From NCBI GenBank assembly GCA_964597495.1, contig CAZQYC010000039.1, positions 1 through 34,861 on the forward strand: 34,861 nucleotides of DNA, read 5' to 3'. The position numbers were made by a program, and so were the translations under genes. This DNA is from an uncultured Steroidobacteraceae bacterium. Its GTDB lineage: Bacteria; Pseudomonadota; Gammaproteobacteria; Steroidobacterales; Steroidobacteraceae. Positions 28,800 to 34,500 of the stretch are shown piece after piece; position 1 is the first letter of the stretch, and every line of letters starts with the position of its first letter. The notes beneath the pieces are model-generated. The model saw only the letters and a list, made by a program, of their open reading frames with translations. It ran no database searches and was not told the origin of the DNA.

Positions 28800-28955
28800 G
28801 TGCCGCGTTCAAATTGACTGTGACTAATTTGTGCCTTAGATAGGCTTTTTTAGGGGGTAGCAAGCGCCGCAAGTGACTGATTTATAAAGATCCGTAATAG
28901 CCAAATCGTCCTACGAACCATGAGGTCGGGAGTTCGAATCTCTCCGGGCGCGCCA
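28800..28955 (+). repeat. Copy B of the ~150-bp direct repeat, with a tRNA-like T-arm (GGGAGTTCGAATCTCTCC), acceptor 3' strand CGGGCGC, discriminator G and CCA. It lies immediately downstream of jetD.
   Basis: Aligned base-by-base to copy A. The T-stem is better preserved than in A. No matching 5' acceptor strand was found. Confidence 0.6.
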
Positions 28956-29237
28956 TTAAATCAACCAGTTAGCCCTAAGCAACCTACTGCTGATTGCCGG
29001 TTGTGACAGATTGAGCTGCTTCACCGGCTTACCTTGGTAACTGAACACGTGCGTCGGATGTCGTCCGAGTTGGGCACGAATGAGCTTCAAGGCTTCCTGC
29101 ATTGAGCGGAACAGGAATCGCCTTTCGAACCAGAGGGTCAGTGAAGCAAAGATCACCGCTCGTTTTATCCGCTCGCCAAAGTACTGAGCCCCACAGTTGC
29201 CTGCCGGGCTCAGGTTAGGTTGATGTTCATCGCGCGT

Positions 29238-30380
29238 TTAGGCTGGGACCTGAATTCGCACGACGTCCTTTAGCACGCCATCGAGGCCGCCGAAGACGGT
29301 TAATTTGTCGACCTTCTCCGTGACCTTTTCGAGCGTTTCGAGCTCCTTCAAACGAAGCAGCGTCGGGTTCTCGTCCATGAGTCGGGCCGTGTTGAGGAGC
29401 GAACGCGTTGCTGCGGTCTCTTCACGACGCTTGATTAGGTTTGCTTGCGCGACCTTTTCAGCTTCAACCACACGATTGAGAATTTCCTTCATCTCACCCG
29501 GTAGGATCACGTCCTTGATGCCCACGCTCGCCAACGCGATGCCGTGTTGCTCGATCTTGCCGCGCGCAGTCGTCTCAATCTCTCGATCGAGTGCGCCTTT
29601 CGCGCCGAGCATTTCATCGAGCGTGCGAGTACCGACCGCTTCGCGCAGCGCAAACTGCAGTTCCTTGTAGACGAACTCTACGAAGTTCTGTAGCTCTCCG
29701 CGCGCTTTGACTGCATCGACCACCCGCCAGAGAGCAGTGAGATTGACGCGCAGGCTAACCTTATCCTTGGTCAAGATGTCTTGGCCGGAGACCTCCATGG
29801 TTTGTACACGACGATCGACCAGCTCGGTCTTGAGCGTGCGCTGGAACCTCCAGAATGCATGCAGGCCCGGCTCGAGAATCTTCGTGAATTGACCGTCCAC
29901 GATCAGCATTGCCGCCGAGGTATCCGGCACCTCCACGGTAACGACGGCCTCGGCGATCTGCGATGCGAGTGGCGGTTTCGCCCGTGCAATTACACGCGCA
30001 ACTTCTGCCGGTACCTCAAGCTCCTTGGCAGTGTCGATCTTAACGACGCGCAGATCGATCGGTCCCTTCCAGTAGAGCTGACGCTTACCGGGCGCAAGCA
30101 CACCCGCAAGCTTGTCATTCTTGTAGACGAGGCCGACCTCGCGATCCGTGAGTTCGACGATGTCGAAATACTTCTCCATCGTGGCACGTGCCTCCTTCAC
30201 GAGAAAGTCGACGCGCGCATGCTCGAACTCGGGCGCAGTAAGGTCGTAAACTTGCAGTTCTACGCGGACGAATGGCGCGACGATCCAGCGCGTGCCCGGC
30301 TCGAGCACTCCGGTGAACTGCTTATTCCTCCAGACGAGCGCACGCTCGTGCTGGGCGATCGTCACTCGCTTAATGGTCAT
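29238..30380 (-). CDS. SPFH/band-7 (stomatin/prohibitin/HflK-like) domain protein
   Basis: ILTKDKVSLRVNLTALWRVVD and the following Ala/Glu-rich coiled-coil are typical of the band-7 family. The N-terminus carries three repeats of a xGxLxPGxxxxxPF-like strand motif. Confidence 0.65.
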   Translation of the reverse strand: MTIKRVTIAQHERALVWRNKQFTGVLEPGTRWIVAPFVRVELQVYDLTAPEFEHARVDFLVKEARATMEKYFDIVELTDREVGLVYKNDKLAGVLAPGKRQLYWKGPIDLRVVKIDTAKELEVPAEVARVIARAKPPLASQIAEAVVTVEVPDTSAAMLIVDGQFTKILEPGLHAFWRFQRTLKTELVDRRVQTMEVSGQDILTKDKVSLRVNLTALWRVVDAVKARGELQNFVEFVYKELQFALREAVGTRTLDEMLGAKGALDREIETTARGKIEQHGIALASVGIKDVILPGEMKEILNRVVEAEKVAQANLIKRREETAATRSLLNTARLMDENPTLLRLKELETLEKVTEKVDKLTVFGGLDGVLKDVVRIQVPA

Positions 30381-30728
30381 GATGACGTTCTCCTTATGTG
30401 GGTCGGGAGTGATTGAAAATTTGCATCACGCGCTCCCATCCCGTATTCGCGCGATACATTCAAGAAAAAAGTCCGAAGCACCCCGCGAATGTCGGGCGGG
30501 CATCGCGGTCGGCGCGGCAGGCGCGTAGAGCAAGTGACACTGGTGTCGTGTGCGATCATCCTTAATGCACGTCCTTTCCCAGTCTCGTTGCAGAACGGCT
30601 ATGCGCGCGTCGAGCATCGATGCACAGAGCGCGATACTCGCTGCTGTTTGCGCGAGCACTTGCATGCAAGCGAAGAACAGCTGGAGCGCTTCGGATGCGG
30701 AACTTGCGTTCCGCGGTGGAGATGCCGC

Positions 30729-30775
30729 TGGCATCGACAGGGGGAGTCGAACCCCGAGCTTTTTAGGCTCTACCC
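30729..30775 (-). pseudogene. Orphan tRNA 3' fragment (T-arm GGGGTTCGACTCCCC plus acceptor 3' strand plus CCA) with a D-arm remnant and no anticodon arm
   Basis: The reverse complement reads ...GGGTAGAGCCTAAAAAGCTCGGGGTTCGACTCCCCCTGTCGATGCCA. No complementary 5' acceptor strand was found. Confidence 0.35.
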
Positions 30776-30852
30776 TGGTCGCATTGGAGGGAATCGAACC
30801 CTCGACCTAGCAGTTGTTGGCTGCCTGCTCTATCCCACTGAGCTACATTGCG
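30776..30852 (-). tRNA. tRNA-like gene with the non-canonical anticodon loop CCAACAA (apparent anticodon AAC, C33), 77 nt including CCA
   Basis: Good cloverleaf: D-arm GCTCAGTGGGATAGAGC, T-arm GAGGGTTCGATTCCCTC, and an acceptor with 6 of 7 pairs. A34 and C33 are unusual, so it may be a pseudo-tRNA or an unusual tRNA. Confidence 0.4.
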
Positions 30853-31054
30853 TGGTGATTGAGGCACGACTCGCGCGGTACGCACAGCGACAGAGTCGCA
30901 GCGCGCCAGCGTGGCTTTGGAACCACGGCCGCTGACACGAAATCGCAAACCTCGATCTCGGTACCGATCGGCGCTCGTGCAATATGGACGAGCGCCGATC
31001 AGAATTCATAATCAAATTTGTACGCGGTGGGCGGAGCCTCTTCTCCGCCCACGT

Positions 31055-31627
31055 TCATCCATTTGCATGCAATCGCGAAGTCTTCGGCACGCCGAGAAGC
31101 AAGAACTCCATTTGATCGGCGAGAATTTTTCGATTCGCAAGAATGAAGACTTCATATCGATTCGGCACATACGGCACGTAGTGCAGCTTCATGCCGGCGG
31201 CTTCCGGCGTGCGGTCTGCCTTACCGTTATTGCATGCCTTGCAAGCCGCGACGAGATTCATCCACGAATCCGCGCCGCCCTTCGAGCGCGGTATCACATG
31301 TTCCATATCGAGTTCCTCGAATCGAAATCGCTGCGCGCAGTACGCGCAAATATATCGATCTCGAGCAAGCAGAATTTCCTTGGTGAGCGTCGGCACGTGA
31401 TCGAAGTGCCGGACGATGAAGTCCTTGCCCTTGATCGCGATGATCGAGCTTGCGCGGATGCACGACTGCAGGCCCGACGAACGCTGCGTGCCGCCGCGAA
31501 GCGTGAACTCGTGCGTACCCGCGGCCCACGCGATCATGTCGGTCGCGTAGTAGTGCGCAGCAGTGCGAACGTTAATCCACCGGTGCGGAGCGCCGGCGAC
31601 GTCGAGCGCGAGAATAGGCGGACTCAT
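31055..31627 (-). CDS. HNH endonuclease (His-Me finger), embedded in the tRNA array
   Basis: CAYCAQRF...EHVIPRSKGG...NLVAACKACNNGK is an HNH motif with a CxxC...CxxC zinc site. RBS GGAGAAG. Located 45 nt downstream of tRNA-Met on the same strand. Followed by a 10-bp-stem hairpin (31027-31052) plus a U-rich tract, and a 13-bp-stem hairpin (30966-31000). Confidence 0.8.
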   Translation of the reverse strand: MSPPILALDVAGAPHRWINVRTAAHYYATDMIAWAAGTHEFTLRGGTQRSSGLQSCIRASSIIAIKGKDFIVRHFDHVPTLTKEILLARDRYICAYCAQRFRFEELDMEHVIPRSKGGADSWMNLVAACKACNNGKADRTPEAAGMKLHYVPYVPNRYEVFILANRKILADQMEFLLLGVPKTSRLHANG

Positions 31628-31671
31628 CGAACTTCTCCTCTAGGTTGATCAACAGCGCTTGCTGCTGGTGG

Positions 31672-31748
31672 GTGGTCGTGCAGGATGGATTTGAACCATC
31701 GATAACCGGCTTATGAGGCCGGCGCGTTAGGCCGCTTCGCCACTGCAC
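31672..31748 (-). tRNA. tRNA-Met/CAT (elongator or Ile-lysidine type)
   Basis: Anticodon arm CCGGC-CTCATAA-GCCGG, T-arm GATGGTTCAAATCCATC, acceptor CGTGCAG/CTGCACG, discriminator A and CCA encoded. The 1-72 pair is formed, so it is not initiator-like. Confidence 0.8.
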
Positions 31749-31878
31749 GCATTCAAAGCGGAGGATCGGACTCCATGTCACGACCACCGCGTGCCGAACG
31801 AAAAGCGCGGTTTTCATTCGGCACCGACCACGATGCGAAGACGCATCGTGGCGAGCGTACATCCATGTACGCGGATTT

Positions 31879-31955
31879 TTGGTGGCCGCTGCTGGACTTG
31901 AACCAGCAGCCTCTCGATTATCGGTCGAGCGCTCTTGCCAAGTGAGCTAAGCGGC
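31879..31955 (-). tRNA. tRNA-Ile(GAT)
   Basis: Perfect acceptor GGCCGCT/AGCGGCC. Anticodon arm CTCGA-CCGATAA-TCGAG. T-arm GCTGGTTCAAGTCCAGC. CCA encoded. Confidence 0.85.
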
Positions 31956-32044
31956 CAAACGGTTAGTTGCGTGCAAGAACGTACACACGCCACGATGCGT
32001 CATCGCATCGTGGGCGGTGTCAAAAAAACACGCTTCTTGTTTGA

Positions 32045-32081
32045 CAAGCGGTCGTCGTGACACGGAGTCCGATCGACCGCT
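32045..32081 (-). other. Conserved-loop stem-loop motif, copy 1: 9-bp perfect stem AAGCGGTCG/CGACCGCTT around the loop TCGTGACACGGAGTCCGAT. It sits just 3' of the tRNA-Glu-like gene.
   Basis: Copy 2 at 32862-32894 has the same 19-nt loop with 1 substitution but a different, still complementary stem (compensatory changes). Confidence 0.55.
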
Positions 32082-32086
32082 TGAAT

Positions 32087-32162
32087 GTGGCGTTCCTGAG
32101 GGGATTCGAACTCCGGTTATCTCCGTGAGAAGAAGACGTCCTTTCCAACTAGACGATGAGAG
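32087..32162 (-). pseudogene. tRNA-Glu(CTC)-like pseudogene (acceptor stem does not pair)
   Basis: Glu-like D-arm TCGTCTAGTTGGAAAGGAC, anticodon arm TCTTC-TTCTCAC-GGAGA, and a T-arm with one mismatch. The 5' strand GCTCTCA cannot pair with the 3' strand CAGGAAC. Confidence 0.45.
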
Positions 32163-32172
32163 CAAGAAGCGA

Positions 32173-32259
32173 GTGGTGGAGGGTGCAGGATTCGAACCTG
32201 CGGAGATCGAGTCTCTCCCGGATTTAAGTCGAGTGCGTCAGATCACTCGTCCAACCCTC
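32173..32259 (-). tRNA. Class II tRNA-Leu(TAA)-like, 87 nt, with a weak D-arm and an A31-C39 mismatch. Possibly degenerate.
   Basis: Perfect acceptor GGAGGGT/ACCCTCC, T-arm GCAGGTTCGAATCCTGC, anticodon loop CTTAAAT, variable-arm hairpin GGAGA-GACTCGA-TCTCC. Confidence 0.5.
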
Positions 32260-32505
32260 CAGTAATCTAGATCTTTATGGCGGCGGGTGAAGGATGGCAC
32301 TTTATATGACAGTGCCGATGACACGTCCTTGTTACCGCGCCCGGCCAGCACATCCGTGTGCTGGCGTTCGCGCGGTTCAAATGCACGTTAAGTGCATTTG
32401 AAAATGCATCCGCGCTCACCCATCTGTTTTCGAAACAGCGCCACTTGGCCTCGATGGGAACCGACCATGGAAAGAAATTTGATCGCGCGGTGCGATCAAA
32501 CTGAA

Positions 32506-32582
32506 TTGGTGCGGCGTGCAGGATTTGAACCCGCGACCTCTCGGTTCGAAGCCGAGAACTCTGATCCACTGAGCTAATGCCG
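32506..32582 (-). tRNA. tRNA-Arg(TCG)
   Basis: Anticodon arm CTCGG-CTTCGAA-CCGAG, T-arm GCGGGTTCAAATCCTGC, acceptor with one mismatch. CCA encoded. Confidence 0.7.
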
Positions 32583-32604
32583 CGTGTTGTGCTCAAGCGA
32601 TGAA

Positions 32605-32682
32605 GTGGCGCGATGTGAAGGAGTTGAACCTTCGACCTCCGGCTTCGTAAACCGGCGCTCTAATCCAGCTGAGCTAACATCG
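32605..32682 (-). tRNA. tRNA-Arg(ACG)
   Basis: Perfect cloverleaf. Anticodon arm CCGGT-TTACGAA-GCCGG, T-arm GAAGGTTCAACTCCTTC. CCA encoded. Confidence 0.85.
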
Positions 32683-32687
32683 CATGA

Positions 32688-32762
32688 CTGGTGCACGCAG
32701 GAGGGCTCGAACCTCCGCCCCTTGCTTTGTAAGAGCGACGCTCGGCCGCTGAGCTATACGTG
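32688..32762 (-). tRNA. tRNA-Val(TAC)
   Basis: Anticodon loop CTTACAA, with one C-A mismatch in the anticodon stem. T-arm GGAGGTTCGAGCCCTCC. The acceptor has a G-U pair. It lies 5 nt from tRNA-Arg(ACG). Confidence 0.75.
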
Positions 32763-32861
32763 CATTGTGGATCACATCTGAACAAGACCCATGGATGGGT
32801 CTCGCCTGCGCTGTCTTCCGTGCAGGCGGCGATGAGCGAAAGTCACGTCTTTTGATCATCG

Positions 32862-32894
32862 CGCGGTTGTCGTGACAGGGAGTCCGATCAACTG
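32862..32894 (-). other. Conserved-loop stem-loop motif, copy 2: stem GCGGTTG/CAACTGC around the loop TCGTGACAGGGAGTCCGAT. It sits just 3' of tRNA-Asp.
   Basis: See copy 1. In both copies the motif ends ~6-8 nt before the encoded CCA (plus strand) of the upstream tRNA. Confidence 0.55.
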
Positions 32895-32901
32895 CATCAA
32901 T

Positions 32902-32977
32902 ATGGCGCCACGGATGGGGTTCGAACCCACGACGTCTCGCTAGACAGGCGAGCACTCTGGCCTCTGAGTTACCGCGG
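32902..32977 (-). tRNA. tRNA-Asp(GTC)
   Basis: Anticodon arm CTCGC-CTGTCTA-GCGAG, T-arm GTGGGTTCGAACCCCAT, discriminator G and CCA encoded. Confidence 0.85.
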
Positions 32978-33140
32978 CAAAATTCTTGTTGGATCACGCG
33001 TCAGGATCGCGCCTTGTCGTCCATGACCGGCGCGCAGTTGCGCCAGCTTTCGCTGTCCAAAATCGTTCCTACGATTTTGTCGAACCTAAATTCTTGCAGT
33101 CAAAGTGCGATGTCCTGCCAGTTAGACGGCGCGTGAACGA

Positions 33141-33215
33141 ATGGTGGGCGCGGAGGGGATCGAACCCTCGCCGTCCGATTAAAAGCCGGATGCTCTAACC
33201 CTTGAGCTACACGCC
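33141..33215 (-). tRNA. tRNA-Lys(TTT)
   Basis: Anticodon arm TCCGG-CTTTTAA-TCGGA, T-arm GAGGGTTCGATCCCCTC, acceptor GGGCGTG/CGCGCCC. CCA encoded. Confidence 0.85.
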
Positions 33216-33231
33216 CTCAACGAATGAAGAA

Positions 33232-33316
33232 TTGGTGCGCCTCGTCGGATTCGAACCGACATGTCGAAAGACACTGCGTCTTGAGCGCAGCGCGGCTGCC
33301 AATTTCGCCAGAGGCG
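33232..33316 (-). tRNA. tRNA-Leu(CAA), class II, 85 nt
   Basis: Anticodon arm CTGCG-CTCAAGA-CGCAG, long variable-arm hairpin TGTC-TTTCG-GACA, T-arm GTCGGTTCGAATCCGAC, perfect acceptor GCGCCTC/GAGGCGC. Confidence 0.85.
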
Positions 33317-33340
33317 CACAGTAGTAACGAAATGGTTCTT

Positions 33341-33549
33341 GGTGCGGGCGGCAGGAGTCGAACCTGCAATGGACGGAACTCCGATCATTACTCGGAGACA
33401 GCTTCGGCTTGGAAACGCGCTTCCCTAGCGACCCACTGAAGTAGCCGTTCGGTGCATCCGCAACCGTGGGCCTTGGCTGATTGCCCGTTTAGCCTTTCGG
33501 CTTCCCAGTTTCATCGTTTTTGGGCGCGGTTACCGTTTCGCCACACCCG
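33341..33549 (-). ncRNA. Unclassified ~209-nt element with tRNA-like termini: 5' acceptor plus D-arm (GCGGGTG-TG-GCG...CGC) and 3' T-arm plus acceptor plus CCA (GCAGGTTCGACTCCTGC-CGCCCGC-A-CCA), separated by ~135 nt
   Basis: The 3' module is a clean T-arm/acceptor. The only complementary 5' strand (GCGGGTG) lies ~200 nt upstream. The element is too long for a tRNA, and no tmRNA-like tag ORF was found. Confidence 0.3.
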
Positions 33550-33643
33550 CACAGTTCAAGAAATGACGTTGACACTACAGTTGGCTGCTTCGCATCATGT
33601 TTAATCTCGTTTGTTGGATTTCAAATAAATCCAACAAACGAGA

Positions 33644-33730
33644 TTGGTCCGTTCCCCCGGATTTGAACCGGGATGACATTGAAGTCACTGCGGTCTGAGC
33701 GCAGCGCGTCTGCCAATTCCGCCAGGAACG
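33644..33730 (-). tRNA. tRNA-Leu(CAG), class II, 87 nt, C1-G72
   Basis: Anticodon arm CTGCG-CTCAGAC-CGCAG, variable hairpin TGAC-TTCAA-GTCA, T-arm CCCGGTTCAAATCCGGG, perfect acceptor CCGTTCC/GGAACGG. Its 3' end abuts a 19-bp perfect hairpin (33602-33643). Confidence 0.8.
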
Positions 33731-33744
33731 GATCAAGAAAAAAA

Positions 33745-33821
33745 ATGGCACACCGGGAGGGACTCGAACCCCCAACTTGCCGTTTTGGAGACAGCTACTC
33801 TGGCCAATTGAGTTACCGGTG
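33745..33821 (-). tRNA. tRNA-Trp(CCA)
   Basis: Anticodon arm GCTGT-CTCCAAA-ACGGC, T-arm GGGGGTTCGAGTCCCTC, G1-U72 wobble. CCA encoded. Confidence 0.8.
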
Positions 33822-34029
33822 CAGATTGAGAGTCGGGCGCTTCCACGCGCCGTTAAAAAAATTGGTACCGACGGGTGAGTTCGGATGACTCTTCGAAGAC
33901 ACTTAACGTGTTTTCGAACCGAGCGAACGCAAATACATGGACATATTGGCCGGGCGCGATAACAGGGATGTGGATGTTGCGACAGCCTTGGCTGGCGTGT
34001 CTGCCTGTTTCACCACGTCGGCATTTCGA

Positions 34030-34103
34030 TTGGGGCCCTCAGTCGGAATTGAACCGACAACCTGCTGCTTACAAGGCAAGCTCTGCCAGTTGAGCTACAA
34101 GGG
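34030..34103 (-). tRNA. tRNA-Thr(TGT)-like, 74 nt, with a 4-bp anticodon stem and no nt 26
   Basis: Perfect T-arm GTCGGTTCAATTCCGAC, D-arm GCTCAACTGGCAGAGC, best anticodon loop CTTGTAA. The anticodon-arm geometry is unusual. Confidence 0.5.
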
Positions 34104-34115
34104 CATGGAAAAATG

Positions 34116-34204
34116 TTGGTGGGTAACCAGGGAGTCGAACCCCGTGTGTCCATTTAGGACGCCTGATTTACAGTCAAGTGCAGTCGCCAGTGCTGCTCGT
34201 TACC
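34116..34204 (-). tRNA. tRNA-Tyr(GTA), class II, 89 nt
   Basis: Acceptor GGGTAAC/GTTACCC, D-arm GCAG-CACTGGCGA-CTGC, anticodon arm CTTGA-CTGTAAA-TCAGG, variable hairpin GTCC-TAAAT-GGAC, T-arm CGGGGTTCGACTCCCTG. Confidence 0.85.
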
Positions 34205-34213
34205 CGAAGTAAA

Positions 34214-34313
34214 GTGGCGCGGACGAAGGGGTTCGAACCCTTGGCCTCGACGTTGGCAACGTCGCGTTCCGACCGAAGGAAGTGGCGCGTCCATACCATC
34301 TGGAATACATCCG
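34214..34313 (-). tRNA. Aberrant 100-nt tRNA-Gly(GCC)-like gene, with a canonical 3' two-thirds and a ~24-nt insertion/degeneration in the D-arm region. Possible pseudogene.
   Basis: Anticodon arm CGACG-TTGCCAA-CGTCG, T-arm AAGGGTTCGAACCCCTT, 3' acceptor CGTCCGC-G-CCA. The only pairing 5' strand (GCGGATG, G-U at position 6) lies 100 nt upstream. It is followed by a degenerate D-arm and an extra TTCC-TTCGGTC-GGAA hairpin. Confidence 0.5.
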
Positions 34314-34376
34314 CAATTAAGCAAGGTGCCTGTCTGTTCGACGTTCTTGCGAGTCGCGCGAAACATGCATCGGAAT

Positions 34377-34452
34377 ATGGAGCGGAGGACGGGGCTCGAA
34401 CCCGTGACATCGAGTTTGGAAGACTCGCGCTCTACCCACTGAGCTACATCCG
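34377..34452 (-). tRNA. tRNA-Gly(TCC), first gene of the array
   Basis: Anticodon arm CGAGT-CTTCCAA-ACTCG, D-arm GCTCAGTGGGTAGAGC, T-arm ACGGGTTCGAGCCCCGT, acceptor with one mismatch. CCA encoded. Confidence 0.8.
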
Positions 34453-34459
34453 CAAAATT

Positions 34460-34500
34460 TTGAGTGAATAAAACCCTCACGCTTTCACGTGCTTCAAAAA
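34460..34500 (-). promoter_or_regulatory. Candidate sigma-70-type promoter for the tRNA array: -35 TTGAAG and an AT-rich -10 (TTTTAT/TATTCA) 18-21 nt downstream
   Basis: Read on the minus strand, immediately upstream of the tRNA-Gly(TCC) 5' end. Sequence inspection only. Confidence 0.25.

Noticed and set aside
28956-29156. 66-aa minus-strand ORF next to repeat B with a VFSYQGKPV segment reminiscent of a tyrosine-integrase core region
   Set aside because: The ORF is bounded by in-frame stops 12 and 57 codons upstream. No box I or box II catalytic motifs were found. The similarity is too weak to call an integrase remnant.
30911-31648. 245-aa plus-strand ORF
   Set aside because: It entirely overlaps the well-supported HNH gene on the opposite strand and has an Arg/Ala-rich composition typical of antisense GC-rich artefacts.
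33341-33549. Possible tmRNA (ssrA) because of the tRNA-like ends
   Set aside because: It is too short. No resume codon or tag ORF ending in Ala-Ala-stop was found. The only in-frame peptide ends ...EAVSE before a double stop, which is not tag-like.
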